Positions 43,686-53,282 of a DNA stretch of 59,592 nucleotides are shown one piece after another. This DNA is from a virus. Taxonomy: Duplodnaviria; Caudoviricetes. The number at the start of each line of letters is the position of its first letter. Within the stretch, counting starts at the first letter, position 1. Where the stretch lies: IMG/VR virus record IMGVR_UViG_3300021976_000014, positions 1 through 59,592 of that record, one strand, 5' to 3'. The notes under the pieces were generated by a model that was given only the letters and a program-made list of their open reading frames with translations, searched no databases and was not told where the DNA came from. Made by a program: the position numbers and the translations under genes.

Positions 43686-43880
43686 CTACGCGGGCAGGTC
43701 TACTTCGCCGCGCTTCACGCTGTCGGTGTGGATACTCCACTCGGTGTGAGTGAACTCCACGACCGGCCCGTCCTTGTCCTTGGAGTTCCGGACCAGCACT
43801 TTGTCTGCGGTGAACATCGCCTCAAAGCAGTTGGTGAGATTTGATGCCGTGAACCACTCGTCCGGTTGCCATTGCCGCAT
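43686..43880 (-). CDS. Second, orphan DUF397 protein
   Basis: WF.AS....C.E.......V.VRNSKD..GP...FT..EW motif. Confidence 0.85.
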   Translation of the reverse strand: MRQWQPDEWFTASNLTNCFEAMFTADKVLVRNSKDKDGPVVEFTHTEWSIHTDSVKRGEVDLPA

Positions 43881-43935
43881 ATCAAGATCCCTCTCTCCAT
43901 GACCAGCGGGCGCCAGCCGCCCGCGAGCCTAACAC

Positions 43936-43970
43936 AAAAAAGAGGCCCACCCCCGAAGGGGTGGGCCTCT
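43936..43970 (-). terminator. Rho-independent terminator
   Basis: AGAGGCCCACCCC-TTCG-GGGGTGGGCCTCT plus T-run. Confidence 0.9.
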
Positions 43971-43994
43971 CCTCTTATCTCACGATCCTCAGTT

Positions 43995-44207
43995 TCAGCG
44001 GTTTCTCTGTGACTGTGACACAATCTCGCAATCCTTGATCATGTCGTAGTCGTACTCCAGCAGAGACGCGACGTACCGGTAGCCGCACCCCCCTGACGCA
44101 TGCGCTATGCCCTCGGCGCATCTTACCTTGGTCGTGGGGTCTGGACAGATCCAGGTCGTAGGTTCTTGGCAGATCCATTGTTTGGTAAAGAACGCACCGA
44201 GTTTCAT
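43995..44207 (-). CDS. Small Cys-rich hypothetical protein
   Basis: ATGA coupling. Confidence 0.45.
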   Translation of the reverse strand: MKLGAFFTKQWICQEPTTWICPDPTTKVRCAEGIAHASGGCGYRYVASLLEYDYDMIKDCEIVSQSQRNR

Positions 44208-44509
44208 TGTGCACCCTGTACCACGCTGTAGACCGCCATGACGATTGCACCCAGCCATATCGCCGAGCCGGCGTACCCGAGGGAGATCCCGGTTACCGCC
44301 CGACCCCGACCCGCGAGCTTGGGATTTTCCTTCAGCTCCCGGAGCGCGAGGTGCCCAGAGACGATCGCGGCGACCGCAGGCACACCGACGAAGCACGGCA
44401 CCAACCCTGCTATCCCGAGCCAGATGCTAATCGATGCCTGTTTCGATCGCGTCAGGGGCGTCCCGTAATGGACTTGGGCCGGTCTGTGCTGCGGGTGGTA
44501 GGACATCAA
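44204..44509 (-). CDS. DUF4190-like membrane protein
   Basis: AS..LGI.G......AIV.GH.AL.E......GRG.AV.GI.LG motif. Confidence 0.8.
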   Translation of the reverse strand: MMSYHPQHRPAQVHYGTPLTRSKQASISIWLGIAGLVPCFVGVPAVAAIVSGHLALRELKENPKLAGRGRAVTGISLGYAGSAIWLGAIVMAVYSVVQGAQ

Positions 44510-47500
44510 AGACTCCTAGGGACTCTATGGCCGGCTCAATCGCCGGCCAATCTGCCGCCGGCAGCATGATGGTAGCCGCCCCGATCAACATCCGTAGTCC
44601 TGTCTGGCCGGGGTGCTGACTGATGACACTCCTCAGCCACACCAACTCCGCTTCTAGTAGCCGGCGCTTTGCGACGAGGCTCACCAGGTCTTCGGTAACG
44701 ACTGTGGACAACACCTCCTGCTCCCAGAGTTGCCGTGTCGACACGGAGTAGAGACCGGAGTCACCGACGCCGAACCACACCCCAAACAAGCTCTTCTGGC
44801 CGTTCTTAGTCTCTTGTCTGTATACCGTCGCACGCAGCGCTAGCGTCTCAGCCGCAAGATACAGCTCCTCCCGGTAGGGACACAGGCTGTCGAATGCACC
44901 GCCCTTGACTAACGCTTTCAGGCTGCCGGCATTCAACACTTTCGCGTCCACTCGCCGGAAGAAGTCATTCACCGACGAATACGGAGCTTTCTTGGCGAGT
45001 GCGTTCACGACGGCTGGGCCGACGCCTTTGATGGCGTCAGGACCGTAGTGTATCCCCATGTCCCCTGATTGGAATCCAACGCCGGAGAAATTGACGTTAG
45101 GTGGGAGGATCTTGATTCCCAACCGCCGACACTCCGCGAGATATTCAGGTAGGTGATCCGGGTCGTCCGCCACACTGGAGAGCAGAGACGCCATATACTC
45201 TGTTGGGTGATTGGCCTTGAGAAATGCAGTCCAGTACGCGACCAGACCGTAACCCGCAGAATGGGCACGGTTGAAACTGTAGTCTGCGAAGGGTACGAGA
45301 ATCTCCCATAGCGCGCTGAGAGCAGCGCGGTTGAATCCCTGCGTTTCGCCCGAACTGAAGTACTCCGGTTTCGTGGCCTCCATCTTCGCATGGTCCTTCT
45401 TTCTCATCGCGTTAAGCAGGTTGTCCGCCTCAGCGTAACTCCATCCGCAGACGGCATTAAGCACTTGCATCACCTGTTCTTGGAAAACGATTAATCCATA
45501 GGTGCCAGCGAGGACGGGTCGTAGAGCCTCCTCCAGGTCAGGGTGAATTGCCCACTCACTGTCCCATCCACCCTGGCGTTTGCGGTGGGCATATTCAGTG
45601 TGAGCACCCGCTCCCATAGGACCCGGCCTGAAGAGTGCGAGCACTGCGGTAATGTCGTTAAAGTTCTCAGGCTTGAGGAGTCTAAGCAAGCCTCGCATAC
45701 TAGGACTATCGAATTGAAAGACTCCGAGTGTGTTTCCACTGCTGAGGATCTCGTATGTCTTCCTGTCGTTGCACTCGTCTGGCAGGAGGGGCAGGGTCGG
45801 TCGGCCGTAACCGCCCGCCACAATTCTTTCAGTCGCATCTTCGATCACCGTCAGGTTTCGTAGTCCGAGGAAATCCATTTTGACGAGCCCGATGCTTTCG
45901 GTCTCTTTATCTGTGTAGCCGGTGATGTTCGGGCCTTTGCCCCCGGTTCTGCGGAGAGGCAGCAACCCCGCTAGCGGCTCTGGTGCGATCACCACTGCCG
46001 ATGCATGGACGCTTTCGTTTCGGACCGCACCATAGAGACCCTTGGCGGTGTCGTAGATCTCGTCGTCCGGTCCTATGTACGCATCGATCCCTGGCGGCCT
46101 CCCGGCTCGGGGAGGCGGAAGGTAGCTGACGCGCCTCTCCCCCTCAGCGGGGCTCCCACCGTGCACCCTGACAGCGTCCTTGAGCGCCGCCTTGGCGCCG
46201 ATGGTGCCGTAGGTGGTGATCTGCGCTACCAGGTCATCTCCGTACAGCTCGCGGGCTATTTCGATCACTTCGTCTCGCCGTTCGGCGTCTACGTCGCTGT
46301 CGATGTCCGGGAGTGACCGCCGCTTGTGGTTAAGGAACCTCTCAGACAGCAACCCATGCGCGATTGGGTCCAGGTCCGTGATGCCCAGGGCGTATGCGAC
46401 GAGGTTCCCCCCGACGGACCCCCTTCCCGGACCGACCCGAATTCCCCTCCGTTTCGCTTCACTGAGGATGCTCCCTTTCACCAAAAAATAGTCGGGATAG
46501 CCCATGCCGTTGATCACGTCAAGCTGCTCTTCCAACGGTCGGGCGTATTCGTCCGGCACCGGACGCCCTAGCCGAGCCGCTAGCCCGTCAGTCGCTACAG
46601 AGATCAGCGCGTCCTCGGATGTCCAGCCGTCCGGCACCGGATACACCGGCATCCTCAACTTGTGCTCGAATACACCGCTGTAGCGTTCTACCCGCTCGGC
46701 AATATCAAGCGTTCGAGCCAGAGATCCGGCCGGTAAGCCGAGCGCCTCCATTTGCGCAAGGCTGCGCAGAAAATAGCCACTCCCGCTAAATTGCATCTTC
46801 GGTGCGGCAATCGTAGACTGAGTCTGTACGCACAAAAGAGCACGGTGGATGGGAGCCTGCTCAGCAGTGCAATAGTGAGAGTCATTGGTTGCCACCGTCG
46901 GTGTGCCGTGGCGCTCGGCGATCCCGATGAGTTGGCGGTTGAGGTCGGCCTCGAAATCGATGCCATGAGTCATCACCTCCACAAAGAAGTTTTCCCCGAA
47001 GGTCTGGCGGTAGAACTCCATCAGCTTGTCCGCCTCGCCGACCTGCCCGAGGCGGAGCCGGGTGGAGATTGCGCTACTGGCGCACCCACTAAGGACAATC
47101 AGTCCGTCGCGGTGCTCTTCAAGACTCTCAAGGTCAATTCTAGGTTTTCGATAGAATCCGTCGCTGTACGCGAGATGTTGCAGTGCGAACAGGTTGCGGA
47201 CTCCCGCCGAATTCGCCGCAAGGACCGTAAGGTGTGTGTAAGCTCCGTTACCGCTAAGATCAACATCGCCTGGTGCTTCAGCACTTCCCCACCGGACCTT
47301 CTCTTTCAGGTGTCGTGACCCTGGCGCCAAGTAGAACTCGCAGCCGGCGATATACTTGATCTCGTGTTGCTGGCACGCCTCCCACATCGCGGAAGCGTCA
47401 TTGAGGTTGCCGTGGTCCGTGAGAGCCAGCGCCGGCATGCCTAGCCGATAGGCGGTGTACGCGGCCTGCATCGGATCACCGAGGCCATCAAGCAGCGACT

Positions 47501-47537
47501 TCCGGAGGTGTACGTGCAAGTGTACGAAGCTATCCAC
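44427..47537 (-). CDS. dnaE: DNA polymerase III alpha subunit (C family)
   Basis: PHP motifs HLHVH/TDHG/NDSH, GPGRGS, PDIDSD, KMDFLGL, GVFQF, RPGP and YSFN.AH. Confidence 0.97.
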   Translation of the reverse strand: MDSFVHLHVHLRKSLLDGLGDPMQAAYTAYRLGMPALALTDHGNLNDASAMWEACQQHEIKYIAGCEFYLAPGSRHLKEKVRWGSAEAPGDVDLSGNGAYTHLTVLAANSAGVRNLFALQHLAYSDGFYRKPRIDLESLEEHRDGLIVLSGCASSAISTRLRLGQVGEADKLMEFYRQTFGENFFVEVMTHGIDFEADLNRQLIGIAERHGTPTVATNDSHYCTAEQAPIHRALLCVQTQSTIAAPKMQFSGSGYFLRSLAQMEALGLPAGSLARTLDIAERVERYSGVFEHKLRMPVYPVPDGWTSEDALISVATDGLAARLGRPVPDEYARPLEEQLDVINGMGYPDYFLVKGSILSEAKRRGIRVGPGRGSVGGNLVAYALGITDLDPIAHGLLSERFLNHKRRSLPDIDSDVDAERRDEVIEIARELYGDDLVAQITTYGTIGAKAALKDAVRVHGGSPAEGERRVSYLPPPRAGRPPGIDAYIGPDDEIYDTAKGLYGAVRNESVHASAVVIAPEPLAGLLPLRRTGGKGPNITGYTDKETESIGLVKMDFLGLRNLTVIEDATERIVAGGYGRPTLPLLPDECNDRKTYEILSSGNTLGVFQFDSPSMRGLLRLLKPENFNDITAVLALFRPGPMGAGAHTEYAHRKRQGGWDSEWAIHPDLEEALRPVLAGTYGLIVFQEQVMQVLNAVCGWSYAEADNLLNAMRKKDHAKMEATKPEYFSSGETQGFNRAALSALWEILVPFADYSFNRAHSAGYGLVAYWTAFLKANHPTEYMASLLSSVADDPDHLPEYLAECRRLGIKILPPNVNFSGVGFQSGDMGIHYGPDAIKGVGPAVVNALAKKAPYSSVNDFFRRVDAKVLNAGSLKALVKGGAFDSLCPYREELYLAAETLALRATVYRQETKNGQKSLFGVWFGVGDSGLYSVSTRQLWEQEVLSTVVTEDLVSLVAKRRLLEAELVWLRSVISQHPGQTGLRMLIGAATIMLPAADWPAIEPAIESLGVFDVLPPAAQTGPSPLRDAPDAIETGID

Positions 47538-47772
47538 CGTTAGCCTTCGATGCTCCCGCTCTCATCTGGAACCGGATTTCCTCCTCCGTCGGCCACAACG
47601 CCGCTAGTACCAGGTCGGGATGCGGAATCCATGGCTTAGCGTACAGGTTGGTCACCTTCAGCCGGATGGCCCGTATTATTGCCTCACCTCTTGCAGCTCT
47701 TGCCGAGCTGAGCTGGGCCCTCATGATATCTGCCACCGAACTCAGCGCCTCAGGTGTCATGTTTTTGTCCAT
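47530..47772 (-). CDS. Hypothetical protein
   Basis: Coupled ORF with RBS. Confidence 0.5.
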   Translation of the reverse strand: MDKNMTPEALSSVADIMRAQLSSARAARGEAIIRAIRLKVTNLYAKPWIPHPDLVLAALWPTEEEIRFQMRAGASKANGG

Positions 47773-48127
47773 GGCGGCACTCCCTCATTGTCGTGATGAC
47801 CGGACCCAGCAACCAGCAGACGTCACAGATGGCGCCCAACACATGCGCCACCGGGTGGTATCCGTCGTCGTTGATCTCGCACCGGCAGAACCCCTCAGGA
47901 TTCTCACTATGCTCCGCCGGGGCGTCACACTTTATCTGGATCATCGGCTGGATGTGCATCGTGCTTCCCCAGCGCCATCGGCTGCACACCACGCCGTCTA
48001 CCTCAAGGCGGTTGCACGAAATTTTGTACCACAGTAGCCCCTCGTCTCCTGAGAAAATCGGCGTCCTGCATATCTCTGCCCCTGCGCTGTCCACATATCT
48101 ACGGATCTCATCGATGGCTGTTACCAC
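47750..48127 (-). CDS. Cys-rich hypothetical protein
   Basis: GGAGAGG RBS; coupled. Confidence 0.5.
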   Translation of the reverse strand: MVTAIDEIRRYVDSAGAEICRTPIFSGDEGLLWYKISCNRLEVDGVVCSRWRWGSTMHIQPMIQIKCDAPAEHSENPEGFCRCEINDDGYHPVAHVLGAICDVCWLLGPVITTMRECRHGQKHDT

Positions 48128-48321
48128 GGTAGTTTGACCTCTCCTTTCGCGAGCCCAATACTCATTTTTTCTTCGAAGACAACCGAGATAGATGTCTGCT
48201 GCCGGAATTCTGCGACCCAGAATTCGAACGACAGAACGGTAGCCACCATCAGATCGACGTCATGTTCTAGCGTCTCGTGATCCCCCGCGTACATGTAGTC
48301 AGCGGCGGTGTCGTCATCCAT
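48121..48321 (-). CDS. Hypothetical protein
   Basis: Coupled ORF. Confidence 0.5.
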   Translation of the reverse strand: MDDDTAADYMYAGDHETLEHDVDLMVATVLSFEFWVAEFRQQTSISVVFEEKMSIGLAKGEVKLPW

Positions 48322-48553
48322 GGGAGACTTCTTCGATGGACCTTCGAACTACAACGGCACCTCGCCCGCGCGCCCCGGCGTGCGCCAACGCTTCGCCGGT
48401 CGTCCTGAAATTCCTCGGTGTTTGCCACCAACTATTCACCCCCTTCCCATCGAGCAGCCCCGGTCGCCAGTACTGATACGTGCACCATTCCTCTCCGGCT
48501 GCGAGAGGCGGATGGGTTGGGTTGTCGAATTGTGGCTGAGGCTGCGGAGTCAC
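48314..48553 (-). CDS. Hypothetical protein
   Basis: GAAGGA RBS before GTG 48553. Confidence 0.5.
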   Translation of the reverse strand: MTPQPQPQFDNPTHPPLAAGEEWCTYQYWRPGLLDGKGVNSWWQTPRNFRTTGEALAHAGARGRGAVVVRRSIEEVSHG

Positions 48554-48846
48554 GTCGGTTCCTTCTTCAAGGGGCGAATCCGGACCGGCTGATTGCCGGC
48601 TGGTTCCGTGATCCGTGCGCGGGGGTCTGGGCGCGCGGCTCCGGGGGGGGTACCCCCCCGGTGAAGAGGTCCATAAACGACTGCGACTAGGCGTTTCCGA
48701 CCAAACCGGACCGGACGTGCCTACCAAGATCCATCGCCGTTGTCAATCCTCCGCGCGAGTGAGTTTGTTGTACCCGCGCGCTCCTATATGTTGCGGTATT
48801 CTGAGGTGGTTGAAAACAAGACTGCCGATCAGGGGGATCAAGGCAT

Positions 48847-49119
48847 ATGGCGCGCACGATGGAATCGTGGCCGGCGGAAATCAAGAAAGCACCTACGCTT
48901 GTTGGTAGGCAGATCCAGATTAACGCGGTCGTGGATGAGAACGGTCGCCCGATTGTCGCTTACATCGAGCTGTCCCGAGCGGGATGGTTCCTGCGGGCGT
49001 TCGCGCGATGCTTCGCTACCGCCGTGAGCCGTGAGTTGGTGCGGGCCGAAGACGGCCTCGCCGGGCTCGATCAGCCGTCCATCTCTGAGGACGACCTGGA
49101 AGACGAATCTGACGACTAG
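48847..49119 (+). CDS. Small rightward protein with acidic tail
   Basis: Isolated plus-strand ORF flanked by CCGGAC repeats. Confidence 0.5.
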   Translation: MARTMESWPAEIKKAPTLVGRQIQINAVVDENGRPIVAYIELSRAGWFLRAFARCFATAVSRELVRAEDGLAGLDQPSISEDDLEDESDD

Positions 49120-49121
49120 GC

Positions 49122-49270
49122 TCGGTTCACAACGGACCGGACTGCGACCTGGTTCACACCGGACCGGACTTTTTTGGGTGGTCCGTCGGTTTTTCGGGTT
49201 GTGCGAGAACGACCGGACGCACGCAAACCGGACACCGGACCCAGCGCCGACCGGACCGGACACGGACACC
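49122..49270 (+). repeat. Cluster of (A)CCGGAC repeats
   Basis: About 10 CGGAC units including GGTTCACA(A/C)CGGACCGGACT twice; further copies at 48580 and 48707. Confidence 0.7.
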
Positions 49271-49473
49271 ACCCCCTTAAACGGGATCTCTGAGGCTTCC
49301 CAAGCTAGCATTCCTTCCAGGTATGAGACTTCCGGCGGCGGTTTTCACGTCCTGCCGTACGGGTGAAATAAAACACCCCCCCGGCCGGTTGACCAGGGGG
49401 GCGACTGTGTGCTACGGCGCGGTCACTTTGTGATCTTGGGTGAACCAAGATGACATCGGTAGTCGCACCCTCC

Positions 49474-49707
49474 CTATTCCTTGTCGTTGTGGTCCATCTG
49501 CCTGACGACATACAGCGCGACGCGGTGTCTCCGAATGACCAGCGGTACCAACCTCCGTCCAGCTAGCATCACAACCAACCCGAAGTAGCCGACGCCAAAG
49601 AGCGTCAATAGCAGGCACAGGAACATCATTCCATAAGCCTCGTCCTCTCGTCGGGTGAATGGGGGATAACGTAGAATGGTAAGGGGGAGCACGGACGGAC
49701 CTACCAA
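49474..49707 (-). CDS. Small membrane protein (start uncertain)
   Basis: TM helix. Confidence 0.4.
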   Translation of the reverse strand: MVGPSVLPLTILRYPPFTRREDEAYGMMFLCLLLTLFGVGYFGLVVMLAGRRLVPLVIRRHRVALYVVRQMDHNDKE

Positions 49708-49734
49708 TCTTCCGGCCGCGCTCCCGATACCGCG

Positions 49735-49944
49735 CTACTTGCGTCGTACAACTCTCGTGATGTTGCGAAGGTTTGTTGCCAGTGTCCGGCCGTTCTGTTT
49801 CAGGTAGTACTGCCATTCCGGCCCGACGCGGTATTCAATTGTCTGTTCGTACCGGCTCTCTACCGTCCACTCGCCAGGATTCCGGCCCTGTGAGTCGACC
49901 GTTACGACGTCTCCGACGTCCGGTACGTAGGCTGCGTTTTCCAC
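49735..49944 (-). CDS. Hypothetical protein (SH3-like)
   Basis: VGDVV motif; RBS. Confidence 0.55.
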   Translation of the reverse strand: MENAAYVPDVGDVVTVDSQGRNPGEWTVESRYEQTIEYRVGPEWQYYLKQNGRTLATNLRNITRVVRRK

Positions 49945-49948
49945 TCAC

Positions 49949-50434
49949 TTACCCCTTGATCGGTTCCAGCTCTAGCTTGCCCTCAGTGACGCCGCGCTGG
50001 CCGCGCTCGAAGGACTCGCCGTCACCGGCGCACAGCGTGATCCACGGCTTCCCGATGACCTGCACAGCACCCACGTTCGGGCAGTCATCCCTGACACACC
50101 CCGTCTTCTTCACCTCCGGCAGGCTGACCAGGCCGCCACGCTGGCGAGGTGCCCTCGTGCCGGGCGCCTTGACCTCCGCACGCTCCGTACGCTTCAGCGG
50201 TGCCCTCATGGTCCTGGTGCTCTTCGTCGCCTTGACGACCGGCTCGGGTGTCTCCGTCGCGCTGAATGCGACCTCCGGTACCTTGCCGTTGCTGTTGCTG
50301 TCCTTCTGCGCTCCGAGGATGGCTTCGATCAGGTCCGGCTTTTTTGCCGTCCGAGGGAAGGTCAGCCCAACCTTCTTGGCGACGCCGATGAGACTAGGCT
50401 GACGCATTCCTTGCAGCTCTTCCGTGGTGTGCAC
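49949..50434 (-). CDS. Rho-N/HeH-like domain protein
   Basis: EEL..M....L..VAK..GL......KK.DLIEAIL motif. Confidence 0.6.
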   Translation of the reverse strand: MHTTEELQGMRQPSLIGVAKKVGLTFPRTAKKPDLIEAILGAQKDSNSNGKVPEVAFSATETPEPVVKATKSTRTMRAPLKRTERAEVKAPGTRAPRQRGGLVSLPEVKKTGCVRDDCPNVGAVQVIGKPWITLCAGDGESFERGQRGVTEGKLELEPIKG

Positions 50435-50520
50435 TTCGGTTCCTTCCGTAGTGGATGCGTGGATGCTAGCCGTACAACAGGGCGCACACTCCCCCCCTAG
50501 GCTGTGCGCCCGATGAACTT

Positions 50521-50919
50521 CTAGCTGCCTAGGGTCCGGGGAAAGTGTGTGCTCGATATCGTGGCGACGTCCGGCTGTGCCAGTAGCGCGGCGATCTCCT
50601 CAGCCACCTGACGTAGCTGACCCTTGACGTCCCTGATCAGTTGTCTCGGGACCCCCTCTTTCGCGCGGCTGTCGTGCTTCGGCAGGCCGTATTCCACGGA
50701 CCAGCATGTCGCGTCGGCCGGCAGGTCTCCGTACAGGTGCACGGCCGTAACAGTGATTCCGACGTACCTCCATTCTCCGTCGTTGAATGCCTTGATGTCC
50801 TCCGGGGTGTGCTGGTCGGTGTCGGTATGCCTGCTCTCGTAATCAGGGTCGATATCGACCCTGAAACGGATTGGGTCTTTGATGTCACCGATCATGAAAC
50901 TGTCAATCTCTCCGGACAT
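50521..50919 (-). CDS. Hypothetical early protein
   Basis: RBS; W.YVG..V motif. Confidence 0.6.
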   Translation of the reverse strand: MSGEIDSFMIGDIKDPIRFRVDIDPDYESRHTDTDQHTPEDIKAFNDGEWRYVGITVTAVHLYGDLPADATCWSVEYGLPKHDSRAKEGVPRQLIRDVKGQLRQVAEEIAALLAQPDVATISSTHFPRTLGS

Positions 50920-50921
50920 CT

Positions 50922-51233
50922 TTACGGCCTCTCCTCGTGCATGCGTAGGTCGTTGAGTGCGTTCTTGTAGCTGTGCACGCAACCGTCATCGGCGTCGCGT
51001 GGCTTGGCGACGAAGGGTAGCCGTTGGCTGTTGTGGTCGAACACAAACAACCGACGCACCCCATTCAGGAATGGGCAAAGATGCCCACCGAGATATCCGA
51101 TAGGTGCGAACAGGTCGAGACGGTACACCTCCCACCGGGGCATGCCGTCGTGGTCCGGCGACCGTCGAGCCTGATAGGTATGGTCGCCAAACTCTAGTGG
51201 CTCCTCTGAGACGAGCCTATTCCAGTCCGCCAT
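50922..51233 (-). CDS. Hypothetical early protein
   Basis: AGGAG RBS. Confidence 0.6.
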   Translation of the reverse strand: MADWNRLVSEEPLEFGDHTYQARRSPDHDGMPRWEVYRLDLFAPIGYLGGHLCPFLNGVRRLFVFDHNSQRLPFVAKPRDADDGCVHSYKNALNDLRMHEERP

Positions 51234-51259
51234 CTTCTCTCCTCTTTGCTAGCTGCCAA

Positions 51260-51451
51260 CTAGAGCGTGACGGGGATGAGGTCTTTCGGGAAGAATTTCA
51301 GAGTCCGTTCGGACCGGTCCATCTTGACGTGCACCAACCGCCGACCAACCTTCGTGACGTTGCCGTATCGGTCACCTCGTATCCATGCATTCGTCGCGGG
51401 GTGCGACTCTACGCGCTGCCCCTTGCTGAAGTCGCTTAGTTTGTGGTCCAT
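51260..51451 (-). CDS. SH3-like small protein
   Basis: G.RVE.HPAT..W.RGDRYG.V.KVGR..V.V..DRS motif. Confidence 0.65.
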   Translation of the reverse strand: MDHKLSDFSKGQRVESHPATNAWIRGDRYGNVTKVGRRLVHVKMDRSERTLKFFPKDLIPVTL

Positions 51452-51511
51452 CTTTCTCCAATCTAGTCACTGAGTAATGCGGCCGGTTGCCCGGCCGCAC
51501 GGACTCAACGA

Positions 51512-51691
51512 CTACGACGGGTTGCGTTGCCACGCTTCCGGAAGGGAGCCACCCCGTGACATCTCTTCGTCCAGGGCTTCGAAGTATTCGGCAATTTCGT
51601 CCGCATGAGCCCGACGGATATCAGGGTGCTCATCTACGCGCATTTGCGCGATTGTCAGTCGTAGCACCCGCAGCGTTTCGTTAGGGTCCAT
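51512..51691 (-). CDS. Small hypothetical protein
   Basis: MDPN.TL...ALDE.MS.GG.LP.AW, a recurrent phage motif. Confidence 0.65.
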   Translation of the reverse strand: MDPNETLRVLRLTIAQMRVDEHPDIRRAHADEIAEYFEALDEEMSRGGSLPEAWQRNPS

Positions 51692-51734
51692 TACTTGACC
51701 TCTCTCGTTATCTAGACGGTTGCCTAGCACCCGT

Positions 51735-52061
51735 CTAGCTCCGGTTGAAATTGATCCTGCCGTGCCGACCGCTGACGCACGCCCATTGCTGGTAACGCGC
51801 TTCCTTCAGGTATGTGTAGTAGTGCGGCGACGGGTCCCACGCGCCGTAGACGCTCTTGCCGTAAGGCTCTTTGAGTTGCGCTGCGCGCGCTAGCGTATCC
51901 AGCCACCCCGGGGCGCACTCGACGCAAACAGGTCCCTCATTTCTCGGGTCACCGTAGGGCGAGACCTTGATACCGCTTCGGCTGTCATCGATCGGCAGCA
52001 CCCAACTGTGCTTTGCTAGTAGGGATTTCCGGATATCCTCGTCTGATAGGTAGACCATCAT
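51735..52061 (-). CDS. Hypothetical early protein
   Basis: GGGAG RBS. Confidence 0.55.
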   Translation of the reverse strand: MMVYLSDEDIRKSLLAKHSWVLPIDDSRSGIKVSPYGDPRNEGPVCVECAPGWLDTLARAAQLKEPYGKSVYGAWDPSPHYYTYLKEARYQQWACVSGRHGRINFNRS

Positions 52062-52397
52062 TTACTCCCTTCCGGGGATGTTTCCGAGGTACGCGATCAA
52101 AGCGTCCAGCTCCAGTACCTGGTCTGATGTGTCGACGTCCTGAGCGAGTAGGTTCATGCGCTCCGCCTTCACCTCGTCAAGCAGGCTGTCTGTGACGGTT
52201 CCCGAGGACGCGAACGTCGTAATCCCGGGGTTGCTCGCTGCCTGCCACCAGGCCGCGATTTCTAGTGCGGACTCCGGATGGACCGGGGTGTGATAGACAA
52301 GCCATTCCATAACCTGACGTTGGATGTATGCCGATGTGTTGTCGCGCGGGCATTCTTGGGTCTGGTCGGGTGGAGTGTGTTTCCAGCGCTTGCGCAT
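52062..52397 (-). CDS. Hypothetical early protein
   Basis: GAGG RBS; A..IA.WWQ....FAS.G motif. Confidence 0.6.
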   Translation of the reverse strand: MRKRWKHTPPDQTQECPRDNTSAYIQRQVMEWLVYHTPVHPESALEIAAWWQAASNPGITTFASSGTVTDSLLDEVKAERMNLLAQDVDTSDQVLELDALIAYLGNIPGRE

Positions 52398-52421
52398 TGT
52401 GTTGCCTCTCTAGTCTCCGAT

Positions 52422-52778
52422 TCACTCGGGAAGGTGCTCGTCGGCCAACTCTGCCGCGATTACGCGCATGTACGGGTCGCCTAGTTCGGCGGGCACCGAT
52501 CCGATAGCTCCGAGCACTTCACCCGACGTCGAGCCCGCGACAGACCACAGTGTTGCGATCCACAACGGGCCATCGTAGGGCTCATCCCCGTTCCATGGTT
52601 GATCGTCCGGCTTGTAGTTGACGTAGTACGGCCCATCCTTAAGCCGTCTCTCTGCCGCCGCCAGCTTGCGCGCGCCACGCGCCCTTCCCTCCTCTGGAGT
52701 TTCCGTCCCCCGGTTGTAACTCCATCCGGCATGATCGTAGAAGAATTGCTCTGTGTCGGTTAATGCCTCGGTTGCCAT
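52422..52778 (-). CDS. Hypothetical early protein
   Basis: FFY.HAG.SY....ET.E.GR.R.A..LA.AE motif. Confidence 0.65.
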   Translation of the reverse strand: MATEALTDTEQFFYDHAGWSYNRGTETPEEGRARGARKLAAAERRLKDGPYYVNYKPDDQPWNGDEPYDGPLWIATLWSVAGSTSGEVLGAIGSVPAELGDPYMRVIAAELADEHLPE

Positions 52779-52878
52779 ACTGCTTCCTTCCCTAGGGGGT
52801 TGCGCAACTTGCACCAAGGACCGGCAATTTTACCATCGGTCCATGATGCAAACCGAACATCCTACGGGTCTAGCTGGA

Positions 52879-53184
52879 TCACGGACGACTGTTGGCTCGG
52901 TTCGCAGCCTTCCGGATACGCCGAGCCTGACTAGGAGTCGGCTTGCTCGTTGCACTCCCCCGCTGGTCTGCGTAGTTCATACCCCGGACGTCGTTGGTCA
53001 TCGGCCCCGTCCGGGCGCCCCGGTCACCAGCGGCCTTAGCGAGGATGCGCCGTGCGCCGAGGATTGCTTTCACCAGACCTTCACGCTTCCATTTGCTGTG
53101 CCCCTTCAACCCAAGGTCTGTGGCGCACTGGTGGAGTTGCCTGACGTTCATCGACGCGAGGTCGCGCTTGCTAGGGATGGTCAC
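52879..53184 (-). CDS. Rho-N/HeH-like basic protein
   Basis: L..MNVRQL...A..LGLKG.SK.K.E.LV.AIL motif. Confidence 0.6.
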   Translation of the reverse strand: MTIPSKRDLASMNVRQLHQCATDLGLKGHSKWKREGLVKAILGARRILAKAAGDRGARTGPMTNDVRGMNYADQRGSATSKPTPSQARRIRKAANRANSRP

Positions 53185-53282
53185 TGTTGTCTGCCTCTCG
53201 TGCGTGCGAGTGCTAATAGGACAACGAAAGGCGCCATCGTTCAACGATGGCGCCCTAGGGTTGAACTATCAGGACGGGCTAG

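Noticed and set aside
44427-47537. Intein or intron in dnaE (also checked terL and the helicase)
   Set aside because: Lengths and motif spacing are normal; no C/S...HN splice motifs or LAGLIDADG blocks were seen.
49122-49270. Mini CRISPR array
   Set aside because: Repeats are short, irregularly spaced and lack constant-length spacers.
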